From Candidatus Pelagibacter sp. (GTDB lineage: Bacteria; Pseudomonadota; Alphaproteobacteria; Pelagibacterales; Pelagibacteraceae), in assembly GCA_045566995.1 (NCBI GenBank), contig JBJLDU010000009.1:50019-114018 (forward strand): a stretch of 64,000 bases of DNA, given 5' to 3'. The position numbers and the translations under genes were made by a program. The notes under the pieces are model-generated. The model ran no database searches. It was not told where the DNA came from and worked only from the letters and a program-made list of their open reading frames with translations. Positions 28,243 through 38,568 of the stretch are shown here, piece after piece. Position 1 is the stretch's first letter. Every line of letters starts with the position of its first letter.

Positions 28243-29232
28243 ATGCTTTTTAAGGAAAAGTTAAAATCAAAATCAAAAATATTTTTAGATGGAGGAAATG
28301 GATCAGAAATAGCCTCTCTTGGGGGTGAAATGTCTCCTGCTTTTTCTGCCTTAGCCTCAATAATATCTCCAGAAATAGTAATTAAAGTACATGAAAAGTT
28401 TATTGATGCAGGTTCCGATTTGATTACAGCAAATACTTTTAGTTCAACCAAACATAATCTTGAAAGTATTAATCGTGGAGCAGAAACTAAAGAATTTATT
28501 AAACAATCAGTCAAATTAGCTAGACAGGCAATAATAAACAAAGGTAAAGAAAATAAAATTGGGGTTGCTGGAAGTTTATCAAATTTTTTTTCATTAAAGG
28601 AAAATGAATTTGTGCCAAATCCTAGGTACATACCTTCTTTTAATCAAGAGGAACAAAATTATAAAGAAGCTGCTAAAATTTTAAAAGAGGAGGGAGCAGA
28701 TATTTTAATTTTAGAAATGTTACTTGATATTGATCATTCAAAAATTTTATTGAATGCTGCTTTAGAAACTGGGTTACCAGTTTGGGTTGGGCTAAGTTGT
28801 TGTATAAGCAAATTTGATAACAGTGTTATTGGTAGAAATTTTAGTGCGGAAAAAGAAAATTCGTTAATTTATGATGAAACCAAATATAAAGAGCAACCAA
28901 AATTTATACCTGATGATAAAATTGTACTTTTAGAAGATATTGTAAAGTCACTTACTAGCATAGGTGGAGATGTTTATGGCATCATGCATACCTGGTTGGT
29001 CGACTCTTTTGAAGGATTGCAAGTAATTAAAAATAATTGGAATGGTCCGATGATGTTATATCCTGAGATACATAAGTTTGATACAAAGTCTCATAAAGCA
29101 ATTGTGACTTCTTCCGAAGAAGAATTTGCTTATGAATGTGAAAAGTTAATTGATAACCAAATTCAAATCATTGGGGGATGCTGCGGTGTTACAGATAAAC
29201 ATCTAAAAAAATTAATTGAAAGATATTCTTAA
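28243..29232 (+). CDS. Homocysteine S-methyltransferase family protein
   Basis: FLDGGNGSE, HEKFIDAGSDLITANTF, VAGS, IIGGCCG. Confidence 0.88.
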   Translation: MLFKEKLKSKSKIFLDGGNGSEIASLGGEMSPAFSALASIISPEIVIKVHEKFIDAGSDLITANTFSSTKHNLESINRGAETKEFIKQSVKLARQAIINKGKENKIGVAGSLSNFFSLKENEFVPNPRYIPSFNQEEQNYKEAAKILKEEGADILILEMLLDIDHSKILLNAALETGLPVWVGLSCCISKFDNSVIGRNFSAEKENSLIYDETKYKEQPKFIPDDKIVLLEDIVKSLTSIGGDVYGIMHTWLVDSFEGLQVIKNNWNGPMMLYPEIHKFDTKSHKAIVTSSEEEFAYECEKLIDNQIQIIGGCCGVTDKHLKKLIERYS

Positions 29233-29233
29233 T

Positions 29234-30397
29234 TCAATATTTTTTATTAACTAAATCTATCAGCATATTAATCATATCAGTTTTATAACTTTCTTTCGTT
29301 GCTGATTTTGTCTCTAGAACAGAAAAAAAGGCTGCTACATTTCCAGTTTTAAAGTTTGTTGCAAGAAACTGACCACCATATCCTGAATGCCCAATCATGT
29401 TGCCTGAAACCATTGTAGAATTTGAATAATATAAATATTTGTCCTTAGATAAATCCATATATTTTGGACCTACATTATCAATTGTTTTATTAAAAAATGA
29501 TGAAGATCCAACTTTTCTATTTTCAACACCCATACCTTTTCTTGCAAAAAGTAAACCCATTCGTAAAAAATCTCTTGTAATTAAGCAACCACCCCCAGAC
29601 ATCCATGGCATACCATATCTATCTGATGCAATATATAATCCATCTTCAAATCCTGCAGCCTCAACTGCAGATAAAACCCAATCTCTTAAAGTTCTACCAC
29701 TAACTTTTTCTATTATTAATCCAACTACATCTGTATTTGCGGATTTATAAAAAGCATATTCAGAATTATTAATCAAACTTTTATTTTTTGATTTTTTAAT
29801 TGTATTTAAATATTCCTCCTGGCTTAGATGATTTTTAAGATTTTTAGGCAGTCTCCATCCCCCAACAGGTTCGTGTAAAAACGAAGATGAGTATGACTTG
29901 GTATAATCTTCAGTATAAGAGTTTATAATATTCATGTTTAAGACATCTTGGATTTTTGCGTTTGCATAGCCACTTCCAATTTTTGGTAAATAGTAAGAAA
30001 CTTTTTTATTAAGATCTATTAATCCTTTAGTAATCAATTCTCCAGTAAATAAATTAACGAACATTTTTGTAATTGACATAATTGTTTGAGGTTGATTTTT
30101 TTTAAAATCTTTAGCGTATTTTTCAAATAATATGTCTTGATGATTGCCTACAATTAAAGAACAAAAAGATTTATTTTTAGTCATCTTCTTAACTAGAGGA
30201 AGCTTACCGATAGTTTTATTTGGTTTAGACTTTAATTTTAGAACTAAGTCAGATCTTAAAAAAATACTGTATCTATTAATTTTATGTAAATTTCTATAAC
30301 CTAACCTTCTTGTTTTAGGAATGTTCCATAAGGCCTTGTTATCTTTAACTGTTGTTAATTCTGGATTTCTGACAGAGACTAATTTTTTTTTCTTCAA
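29234..30397 (-). CDS. Serine hydrolase, beta-lactamase fold (6-aminohexanoate-dimer hydrolase NylB-like)
   Basis: SxxK (SITK), YKSANTD, GYGGQ. Confidence 0.8.
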   Translation of the reverse strand: MKKKKLVSVRNPELTTVKDNKALWNIPKTRRLGYRNLHKINRYSIFLRSDLVLKLKSKPNKTIGKLPLVKKMTKNKSFCSLIVGNHQDILFEKYAKDFKKNQPQTIMSITKMFVNLFTGELITKGLIDLNKKVSYYLPKIGSGYANAKIQDVLNMNIINSYTEDYTKSYSSSFLHEPVGGWRLPKNLKNHLSQEEYLNTIKKSKNKSLINNSEYAFYKSANTDVVGLIIEKVSGRTLRDWVLSAVEAAGFEDGLYIASDRYGMPWMSGGGCLITRDFLRMGLLFARKGMGVENRKVGSSSFFNKTIDNVGPKYMDLSKDKYLYYSNSTMVSGNMIGHSGYGGQFLATNFKTGNVAAFFSVLETKSATKESYKTDMINMLIDLVNKKY

Positions 30398-30846
30398 TAT
30401 TTTAATGATTTTTTTTGTTCGTACTTTTGGTGATAATCTTCGGCTTTACAATAATTTTTTTCTTTTGATACTTTAGTCGAAACTTTTCCATCTAATTTGC
30501 TGTTGACTTCGTTTAAAACTTTTTCTGCAATTAGCTTTTCCTCTTCTGTGCTATAAAATATTTCAGAACGATACTGAATTCCAACATATGTGCCTTGTCT
30601 ATTTACCTGAGTTGAGTCGTGCAATTCAAAAAATAAATTGACCATGTCTTCATATGACTTTTCTTTTTCATCATATTCAACTTTGACCACTTCTATATGC
30701 CCTGTATCTCCACCACAAACTGCTTTGTATGTAACATTTGGCTCATCTCCACCACAGTAGCCACATTCTGTTGAGACTATACCTTTTATACCTTCATACT
30801 TCTTTTCATCCCAAAAGCAGCCAATACCGCCGATAAATGTTTTCAT
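30394..30846 (-). CDS. msrA: Peptide methionine sulfoxide reductase A (short form)
   Basis: GCFW, GY.GG, TGHIEVV, HDSTQVNRQG..VG.QYRS, AEDYHQKY. Confidence 0.88.
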   Translation of the reverse strand: MKTFIGGIGCFWDEKKYEGIKGIVSTECGYCGGDEPNVTYKAVCGGDTGHIEVVKVEYDEKEKSYEDMVNLFFELHDSTQVNRQGTYVGIQYRSEIFYSTEEEKLIAEKVLNEVNSKLDGKVSTKVSKEKNYCKAEDYHQKYEQKKSLKY

Positions 30847-30863
30847 AATACCTAAAATATACT

Positions 30864-31778
30864 TTAGTTTTTTAAAATTGAAATTGCTTTTATTTCATCT
30901 ACACCGATCCCACAGCATCCACCTATAATCTGAGCTCCATTTTTAATCCATGACCTAACTTCATTTAAATACCCAGTTGGCGTCATATCATCTACAAATC
31001 GCCAATGTGGTTTTTCATAATAACCTTTATTAGGATATGCTCCAACTACCCCATCATAATTTTTCTTTGCAGCTTGAATTGCTTGACCCGTAATATTTAT
31101 ATCTGAATGAGCAACTAAAATTGGACCATTGTGTAATTTTTTAAAATTTTTTATGGATGTCTCAAAGTTTTCATAGACATGTGTATCAGAATCAATTGTA
31201 TCATTATATCCAAGCATTATATTTTTTTGATCATCCATTACACAAGATACTGATAACCAAACAGGTATATTTACTTTTGTTGAACAATTTAACATTGCTT
31301 CAACTATGTCAGCTTGTGAAGACATAGCTTCTAAAATAATTAAGTCTACTCCAGCGTCAGATAAAATTCTTAGTTGTTCATGAAAACCAGGTATCATTGC
31401 TTTGATACCAAGTTTATAAAAGTTTCCAAAAGTTGATACACTTCCAGCTAATGTAGTTTCTTTGTTTGTACTTTCTATTGCTTCTCTTGCAACCTTAACA
31501 CTTTTTTGATTGAATTTTTCTATTGAGTTTTCATAACCGTACTGTCTCATTGATATTGGAGTAGTACTATAAGTATTAGTTGTAATTACATCGGCTCCCG
31601 CATTTATATAATCCTCATGTACTTTTCTAACTAATTCAGGATGATCAACAGAACACTTTCCGCACCACATATGCTTATCCATTTCAGCACCATTTTTTTC
31701 TAGTTCTGCACCCATGCCTCCATCTAAAATAATGATTTTATTGTTTTCTAATTTTGTCTTGATAGAGTCGTATGACAT
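30864..31778 (-). CDS. Homocysteine S-methyltransferase family protein (second copy)
   Basis: ILDGGMGAEL, HEDYINAGADVITTNTY, AYPN, IIGGCCG. Confidence 0.88.
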   Translation of the reverse strand: MSYDSIKTKLENNKIIILDGGMGAELEKNGAEMDKHMWCGKCSVDHPELVRKVHEDYINAGADVITTNTYSTTPISMRQYGYENSIEKFNQKSVKVAREAIESTNKETTLAGSVSTFGNFYKLGIKAMIPGFHEQLRILSDAGVDLIILEAMSSQADIVEAMLNCSTKVNIPVWLSVSCVMDDQKNIMLGYNDTIDSDTHVYENFETSIKNFKKLHNGPILVAHSDINITGQAIQAAKKNYDGVVGAYPNKGYYEKPHWRFVDDMTPTGYLNEVRSWIKNGAQIIGGCCGIGVDEIKAISILKN

Positions 31779-31783
31779 AAACT

Positions 31784-32170
31784 TTATTCTTTATTATTTG
31801 TAAAGGCGCAAATTTTATTTCCATCTAAATCACGAAGATAAGAATAATAAACTCCAGAGCCTTCTGGTCTTTCACCACCAGATCCCTCACTAGTTCCACC
31901 TGCTTTTAAACCTATTTCATGAAATTTATCTACGTTAGATCTTGATGAAGTTAAAAATGTGATCTGCGTTCCATTTCCAAAGGTAGCATCTTTTTTATTG
32001 AAAGGTTTGGTGACGTAAAACTCAATATCTTTGGTCCCTTTTGCTCCATATGCAGCATAATCATCTTCTATTGTCTCGTTTCTATCTAAACCAATTACTT
32101 CTAAAACCTTATCATAAAAATTAATAGCATCATTTAAATTATTAGTACCTACCATCACATAACCAATCAT
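31784..32170 (-). CDS. VOC/glyoxalase family protein
   Basis: IGYVMVGTN, GNGTQITF, YLRDLDGNKI. Confidence 0.85.
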   Translation of the reverse strand: MIGYVMVGTNNLNDAINFYDKVLEVIGLDRNETIEDDYAAYGAKGTKDIEFYVTKPFNKKDATFGNGTQITFLTSSRSNVDKFHEIGLKAGGTSEGSGGERPEGSGVYYSYLRDLDGNKICAFTNNKE

Positions 32171-32212
32171 ATAAACCTCTTAACTAATTCTGATTATAAG
32201 TTATTTAAACTA

Positions 32213-33643
32213 TTAATTCCAACCGGTAATTGCTTTAACTTCTAAAAATTCAGTAAAACCCCAGACACCACCTTCACGACCATTACCAGATTGTTTATAA
32301 CCACCAAACGGCATTCCAGTATCTGTGGCTTGACCATTGATATAAACTGTTCCAGCTTTTACTTTTCTAGCAACCCTTTTTGCTTTTTCTTTATCTTCAG
32401 TTTGTAGATAATTACCAAGTCCATAAGATGTATCATTTGTAATTGCTATTGCCTCTTCCTCAGTTTCAAATGGTATAATTGAAAGTACAGGTCCAAAAAT
32501 TTCAGTTCTTGCAATTTTCATATCATTATTTACATCTGAAAAAATTGTTGGTTTAACAAAATAACCTTTGTTAAGTCCATTTGGCAAATCTGGTCCACCC
32601 GCAGCTAACGTTGCACCTTCTTTAATTCCTTCATTAATAAGATTAACAACTTTATCGTATTGTACTTTTGAAACTACAGGTCCAATGTGATCACCTTTTT
32701 TAGATGCAAGATCAACTTTAATTTTGTTTGCCTCATCAGCAGCCTCTTTAACTGCTCTTTCATAGATTGGTTTTTCAACCAACATTCTTGTTGGAGCATC
32801 ACATGATTGCCCTGAGTTACTCATTATATTCCTCACACCATCTCTAACAGCATCAGGATATGAATCTGCGAAAACTATATTCCCACCTTTACCACCCAAT
32901 TCAAGAGTTACTTTTTTTATAGTATCAGCTGCATTTTTTTGAATTAGTTTTCCAGCTCTTGTTGATCCTGTGAATGAGATCATATCAATGTCTGGATGAC
33001 CAGACATGTGATTTCCAACAACTTCTCCATTTCCATTCACTAAATTAAAAACTCCAGCAGGAAAGCCAGCTTCGTCAATCATCTCAGCAAACAATACTGC
33101 TGACACTGGAGCAATTTCAGACGGTTTTAATATCATTGTACATCCAGCAGCTAAAGCAGGAATAACTTTTAAAATGATTTGGTTCATTGGATAATTCCAT
33201 GGCGTAATTAATCCACAAACTCCAATTGGTTCATATCTGATATGGTTATTAGATTTAGGATCAAATTGATGTTCAAAATTAAAATCTTTTAAAATCTCAA
33301 TGTTGTTCCTGCAAATATCAGCACCCATTTTAGTATGAGTTTCTGATGCAAAATCTAGTGGTGCACCCATTTCTTTAGATTGAGCCTCAACCATTTCATT
33401 CCATCTTCTTTTATAAATTTCATCAAACTTTTCAAGCAAAGCTAATCTTTCTTCTTTTGTGGTTTCTCTCCAGGTCTCAAGCGCAATTCTCGCTGCTTTT
33501 ATTGCTTTATCTGCATCTTCAGCAGAGCCTAAAGATATTATTGCAAAAGCTTCCTCAGTTGAGGGATTAATTACTTCAAAGTCATTTGGCTTAGTGGGAG
33601 AAACCCACTTTCCATCTATATAAAAATGTTTCTTTTCAATCAT
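32213..33643 (-). CDS. Aldehyde dehydrogenase
   Basis: ITPWNYP, FTGSTRAG, LELGGK, GQSCDAPTRM, EIFGPV. Confidence 0.93.
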   Translation of the reverse strand: MIEKKHFYIDGKWVSPTKPNDFEVINPSTEEAFAIISLGSAEDADKAIKAARIALETWRETTKEERLALLEKFDEIYKRRWNEMVEAQSKEMGAPLDFASETHTKMGADICRNNIEILKDFNFEHQFDPKSNNHIRYEPIGVCGLITPWNYPMNQIILKVIPALAAGCTMILKPSEIAPVSAVLFAEMIDEAGFPAGVFNLVNGNGEVVGNHMSGHPDIDMISFTGSTRAGKLIQKNAADTIKKVTLELGGKGGNIVFADSYPDAVRDGVRNIMSNSGQSCDAPTRMLVEKPIYERAVKEAADEANKIKVDLASKKGDHIGPVVSKVQYDKVVNLINEGIKEGATLAAGGPDLPNGLNKGYFVKPTIFSDVNNDMKIARTEIFGPVLSIIPFETEEEAIAITNDTSYGLGNYLQTEDKEKAKRVARKVKAGTVYINGQATDTGMPFGGYKQSGNGREGGVWGFTEFLEVKAITGWN

Positions 33644-33664
33644 AAACTTATTGTAGCATAAAAT

Positions 33665-34606
33665 TTAAATTTCATAACCTTTTTCTTCAGGCTCATTGTC
33701 AATTAACTCCTCAGGAAAACCTTCAGCTCTAAAATTAATTTTATTTAAGTCTTCCATTCTTTTTACTATCATCGAGGACCAAGCTCTTGATCCATATTTT
33801 TTTTGACCATCCTTAAATATTTCAACAATTTTTGGAGAAATTTCTAAAGGTGCATTTAATTTTTTTGCTAGCTCATCAAATAGACCTGTATCTTTTAAAA
33901 CAAGATCCATAGTAAAGTTAATATTGTAAGAACCATTTAATATAACTTGGCTTTCGGTCTCATGCACAAATGAATTACCTGAGGAAACTGCGATTCCTTT
34001 GTAGGTTTTTGCAAGATCTAGGTTTGATTTTTTTGCAATTGTCCATGCTTCACCAAGTGCAACTAAGTGTGCAGACGCTAGATAATTTGTAATTACCTTC
34101 AATACCGAAGCAGTACCTAATTCACCTGTATGTAATATTTTTCTTCCCATAGTTGTTAAAGCAGGTAATATTTTCTCAAACGTTTCTCTATCTCCACCAA
34201 TAAATATTGCTATGTTTCCTGTTGCAGCTCTATGACAGCCACCGCTTACTGGACCATCTAATGGGATAGCTTTTTTTTCAATAACTTTCTCTCCTATTCT
34301 TTTAACTTCTGCCTCATCAGTAGTGCTCATTTCTAACCAAATTTTATTTTCAGAAAGACCTTCCAATATTCCATCTTCTCCTTCCATAACTTGTGCACAA
34401 ATTTTAGGAGAAGGAAGACATGTTATTATTAGATCAACTTCTTCAGCCAATTCCTTTGCGGAGTTTGCAATTTTAGCTCCCAAATCTTTAAATGAGCTCG
34501 TTAAGTTTTCATCCAAGTCTCTCACTGTTAAATCAAAATTATTTCTTAATAAACTTCCAGCAAGTTTGCCTCCAACATTTCCCAAACCAACAAAACCTAT
34601 TTTCAT
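33665..34606 (-). CDS. Beta-hydroxyacid dehydrogenase (3-hydroxyisobutyrate dehydrogenase family)
   Basis: GFVGLGNVG, DGPVSGG, catalytic Lys (LKVITN), FTMDLVLKD. Confidence 0.88.
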   Translation of the reverse strand: MKIGFVGLGNVGGKLAGSLLRNNFDLTVRDLDENLTSSFKDLGAKIANSAKELAEEVDLIITCLPSPKICAQVMEGEDGILEGLSENKIWLEMSTTDEAEVKRIGEKVIEKKAIPLDGPVSGGCHRAATGNIAIFIGGDRETFEKILPALTTMGRKILHTGELGTASVLKVITNYLASAHLVALGEAWTIAKKSNLDLAKTYKGIAVSSGNSFVHETESQVILNGSYNINFTMDLVLKDTGLFDELAKKLNAPLEISPKIVEIFKDGQKKYGSRAWSSMIVKRMEDLNKINFRAEGFPEELIDNEPEEKGYEI

Positions 34607-35469
34607 TATGTAACCTCCTTCTTATTTTTATACAGTATCATTATCACTCCAAATATAATCACAGTTCCACCAATAAATAATTCTGATGTTGGCTTTTCAC
34701 CTAATAAAAATATTGCTGCTAGTAATCCAGTAGGCGGTATGCCCATAGTTACTATCGGCAATACTTTATATAATGGGTTATTTTTTAGCACATAATAAAA
34801 ACAACCATATGTTATTGGCTGCATCATAAATCCCAAATAAAATGCAATTATCCAATGATTGATTTCAGCTGTTGTTAGATGAGATATCGTATCACCCTCA
34901 ATGATTGCAGAAATAAAAATTAAAGTTGGTCCAGAAAATAGTGCTAGCCATGCAACTAATGCCAAAGGATTAATTTCTTTACTTAGTGGTTTTACGATTA
35001 CTTGCCCAAAAGCCCAAATTGCAGATCCTAAAATTGTAAGTGAGATACCAAATATCTTTCCATCTAAATTTGGTGAGCCTGTTAAAATATAAACACCTAT
35101 GAATGCTATTCCAATACCAATCAAAGCTCTAAAGGTTGGTTTTTCACTTAACATAAAAAAAGCAAATATAACTCCAAATGGAACCTCTGTTTGTACCAAC
35201 AGAACTGCTGCAGACGCATCGATATGATTTAATCCTGTATAGGTAATACTATATTGCAGTGTATTTGCTATAAATGAAGCAATTAAAATTTTTATTAAAT
35301 AACCTCTTGGGATTGGAAACCACCAGATTAAAATAGCTGCAGCAAATGAAAATCTTAATCCCATTAAAAGAATTGGAGGAAAAGATTCAAAAGCAGGTTT
35401 TGCAATTACAAATCCAAATCCTAAAAAAATTGGAACAAGAGATGCAATTAAAGTGTCTTTTAGATTCAT
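34606..35469 (-). CDS. EamA/DMT family transporter
   Basis: PPILLMGLRF; two EamA repeats; LLGEK. Confidence 0.85.
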   Translation of the reverse strand: MNLKDTLIASLVPIFLGFGFVIAKPAFESFPPILLMGLRFSFAAAILIWWFPIPRGYLIKILIASFIANTLQYSITYTGLNHIDASAAVLLVQTEVPFGVIFAFFMLSEKPTFRALIGIGIAFIGVYILTGSPNLDGKIFGISLTILGSAIWAFGQVIVKPLSKEINPLALVAWLALFSGPTLIFISAIIEGDTISHLTTAEINHWIIAFYLGFMMQPITYGCFYYVLKNNPLYKVLPIVTMGIPPTGLLAAIFLLGEKPTSELFIGGTVIIFGVIMILYKNKKEVT

Positions 35470-35520
35470 TTTATAATAATGATTAATTAAGAACTTATGA
35501 TATATTCACTCTTTTAAAAT

Positions 35521-36261
35521 ATGAATTCAACAAAAATAGAACCTAAATACATAAGTAAATCAAATCCACGGGTCGGTCTTATTGCACTCGCAAGTGATTT
35601 TATGATTGAGAGAGATTTTATAAATGTAATTAAAGATCGTGATATAGATTTTTTTGTAAATAGAATTGAGTGTTATAATCCTTTAACTAAAGAAAATTTG
35701 ATCAAAATGTCTAATAAAGTAACCATTGTAACAAAAGATATTTTGCCTGATCAAGATATTGATTGTGTTGTCTACGGATGTACTTCTGGAACTATTGCTG
35801 CAGGCTATAACTCTATTGAGCAAAAGGTAAAAGCAGCAAAACCAATGGCTCAGGTTACAACACCAAGTACAGCCGCAATAAAAGCGTTAAAAAAGTTAAA
35901 TATTAAAAAGCTTTCACTATTTACCCCCTACAGCAAAAAACTTAATGATGAAGTTATGGGATATTTTAAGTCAGAGGGATTTGAGATAACATCCAATTCA
36001 TACTTTGATATAGAGGCAGATTACGACATTGGTAAAGTAGACCAAAATTATTTGTATGATGTCTTATCTAAAATAGATTTAAATGGAGCGGACGCATTAT
36101 TTGTATCTTGTACAGCTCTTCCTGTATTGCCAATAATTGATAAACTTGAAAAAAAACTCAACACGATTGTTTTATCAAGTAATCAGGCTTTAATTTGGGA
36201 TACTCTTGTCCAAATAAATAAAAATAACCTTGTAGAAGGTTTTGGTAAATTATTCAGATAG
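35521..36261 (+). CDS. Asp/Glu racemase-maleate isomerase family protein (EutA-like)
   Basis: Two catalytic Cys (YGCTSG, VSCTAL), TPY, SSNQA; immediately upstream of an ectoine hydrolase-like gene. Confidence 0.8.
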   Translation: MNSTKIEPKYISKSNPRVGLIALASDFMIERDFINVIKDRDIDFFVNRIECYNPLTKENLIKMSNKVTIVTKDILPDQDIDCVVYGCTSGTIAAGYNSIEQKVKAAKPMAQVTTPSTAAIKALKKLNIKKLSLFTPYSKKLNDEVMGYFKSEGFEITSNSYFDIEADYDIGKVDQNYLYDVLSKIDLNGADALFVSCTALPVLPIIDKLEKKLNTIVLSSNQALIWDTLVQINKNNLVEGFGKLFR

Positions 36262-36267
36262 AAATTT

Positions 36268-37437
36268 ATGTCATTTACTAAAGACGAATATAAACAAAGA
36301 TTAAAAAAAGTTCAGTCGATGATGCAGGATAAAGGTATCGAACTATTGATTTCTCACGATACTAATAACATGAATTATTTAACTGGTTATGACGCCTGGT
36401 CTTTTTATTATGCACAGTGTGCTATTGTTCATGTTAATGCTGATGAACCTTTATGTTTTGTAAGAGCTCAGGACTCAGGAGGTGCTTACATAAAAACGTA
36501 TCTCAAAGATGAAAATATAATTGTGTATGATGAAAATTATATTCATACATGGCCAAAACATCCTTACGATTATTTAGTACAGATTATTAAAGACAGAAAT
36601 TGGGATAAGCTTTCAATTGGAGTTGAGATGGACGCTCATTATTTCACTGCTTTTTGTTATGAAAAGATAAAACAAGGTTTACCAAATGCAAAAATAAAAG
36701 ATTCAGAAAGATTAGTAAATTGGGCAAGATTTGCAAAATCTGATGCAGAAATTAATTACATGAAAACTGCTGCACTAATTTCAGAAAAAGGAATGAAGAC
36801 TGCAATGGAGGTAATAAAACCGGGTGTCAGACAATGCGATGCAGTAGGTGACATACAAAAAACTTTATTTTACGGGACACCTGAGTTTGGAGGAGAGTAT
36901 TCTAGTATCGCAACACTCTTACCAACTGGAAAAGGAACATCTGCATCTCATTTAACAGCAACCCAAGATAAGTTTGTTGAAGGCGAAGCGACAATCGTTG
37001 AGTTATCTGGAGTTTATAAAAGATATCATGCGCCAATGGCAAGAACAGTCTTACTTGGAAAACCTGATCAATTAAAAATAGACACGATGAACAAAACTAT
37101 CGAAGCTCTTCAAGCTGGAATTGATGCTACAAAACCTGGGAATACAGCAAATGATGTAGCGCAAGCTTTTTGGGGTATTTTAGATAAATATGGAATAGAA
37201 AAAAAATCAAGAACTGGTTATTCAATTGGAATAGGTTACCCGCCAGATTGGGGAGAGCATACTCTTAATATATATAAAGGAGAAATGACTGAACTAGTAC
37301 CTAATTCGTGTTTTCATATGATAGCTGTAATGCAATTTGGTGATTGGGGAGTTGAAGCATCGGAGGCTATAAGAGTTACTGACAAAGGATGTGAATTATT
37401 CTGCAATTTTCCAAAAGAGTTACACATTAAGAGTTAA
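36268..37437 (+). CDS. doeA: Ectoine hydrolase-like M24 family protein (DoeA/EutD)
   Basis: NMNYLTGYDAWSFY, RYHAPMART, SRTGYSIGIGYPPDWGEHT are DoeA/EutD signatures. Confidence 0.8.
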   Translation: MSFTKDEYKQRLKKVQSMMQDKGIELLISHDTNNMNYLTGYDAWSFYYAQCAIVHVNADEPLCFVRAQDSGGAYIKTYLKDENIIVYDENYIHTWPKHPYDYLVQIIKDRNWDKLSIGVEMDAHYFTAFCYEKIKQGLPNAKIKDSERLVNWARFAKSDAEINYMKTAALISEKGMKTAMEVIKPGVRQCDAVGDIQKTLFYGTPEFGGEYSSIATLLPTGKGTSASHLTATQDKFVEGEATIVELSGVYKRYHAPMARTVLLGKPDQLKIDTMNKTIEALQAGIDATKPGNTANDVAQAFWGILDKYGIEKKSRTGYSIGIGYPPDWGEHTLNIYKGEMTELVPNSCFHMIAVMQFGDWGVEASEAIRVTDKGCELFCNFPKELHIKS

Positions 37438-37482
37438 TTAATTGTTGCAAACAACCTAACTAAATGTTTTAAAAACTAACCT

Positions 37483-38568
37483 ATGTCAAAAAAAGAAGAT
37501 TTCGTAAAATTTGATAAAGTCGACAAAAGTTACGATGGAAAAGTATTAGTAGTTAAAGATTTGAATTTAGACATCGAAGAAGGTGAATTCGTAACAATGC
37601 TTGGACCCTCTGGTTCTGGAAAAACCACATGCTTGATGATGCTTGCTGGTTTTGAAACCCCAACTAATGGAGAAATTTATTTAGATAAAAATCCAATTTC
37701 AAATATTCCTCCACACAAAAGAGGTATTGGAATGGTTTTTCAAAATTATGCTTTGTTTCCTCATATGACAGTTTTTGAAAATTTGGCTTTCCCTTTAAGA
37801 GTAAGAAAAATTTCAAAAGATGATATAGATAAAAAAGTTGAAAAGGCATTATCTATGGTTTCATTGTCAGGATTTGGAAACCGTATGCCAGGACAACTTT
37901 CAGGAGGTCAACAACAGAGAGTAGCCGTAGCAAGAGCATTGGTATTTGATCCATCAGTAGTTTTAATGGACGAACCTTTGGGTGCTTTAGATAAAAATTT
38001 AAGAGAAAGTATGCAGTACGAAATTAAACATATTCATGAAAGCATTGGTGTAACCGTTGTCTATGTTACACACGACCAAGGTGAAGCATTAACTATGTCA
38101 AACAGAATAGCAGTATTTAACGATGGTAAAGTTCAACAACTCTCGAGTCCAGATAAGTTATACGAAGAACCTGTAAATTCTTTCGTTGCAGAGTTTATTG
38201 GAGAGAATAATACTTTTGCTGGAGAAATTTCAGATATATCAAATGGATCCTGTAAAGTTAAACTAGATAAAGGTGAAATAATTGCAAATCCAATTTCAGT
38301 TAGATCTGTTGGAGAAAAAACTACAGTTTCAATTAGGCCTGAAAGAGCACTGATCAACCCTAAAGATAAAATGGATAACAATCAAAAAGGTATAATAGAA
38401 GAGGTTATATATCATGGTGACCACACAAGAGTAAGATTGAATTTACTTGGTAACTCTGAATTTATTTTAAAAGTTCCAAATAGTTCTCAAAATTTAGATA
38501 TTAAATTAGGTAACGAGATTAATATTGGCTGGAATAGTCATGATGCAAGAGCATTAGACCCAAAATAA
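37483..38568 (+). CDS. potA: PotA-type ABC ATP-binding protein
   Basis: GPSGSGKTT, MVFQNYALFPHMTV, LSGGQQQRVA, C-terminal TOBE domain. Confidence 0.9.
   Translation: MSKKEDFVKFDKVDKSYDGKVLVVKDLNLDIEEGEFVTMLGPSGSGKTTCLMMLAGFETPTNGEIYLDKNPISNIPPHKRGIGMVFQNYALFPHMTVFENLAFPLRVRKISKDDIDKKVEKALSMVSLSGFGNRMPGQLSGGQQQRVAVARALVFDPSVVLMDEPLGALDKNLRESMQYEIKHIHESIGVTVVYVTHDQGEALTMSNRIAVFNDGKVQQLSSPDKLYEEPVNSFVAEFIGENNTFAGEISDISNGSCKVKLDKGEIIANPISVRSVGEKTTVSIRPERALINPKDKMDNNQKGIIEEVIYHGDHTRVRLNLLGNSEFILKVPNSSQNLDIKLGNEINIGWNSHDARALDPK

Noticed and set aside
28026-28631. 201-aa antisense ORF, plus the other short nested ORFs in the track (for example 8957-9259, 13659-13973, 17732-18097, 29439-29750, 56550-56885)
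   Set aside because: They lie antisense to or out of frame within well-supported genes, have no recognisable motifs, and look like shadow ORFs.
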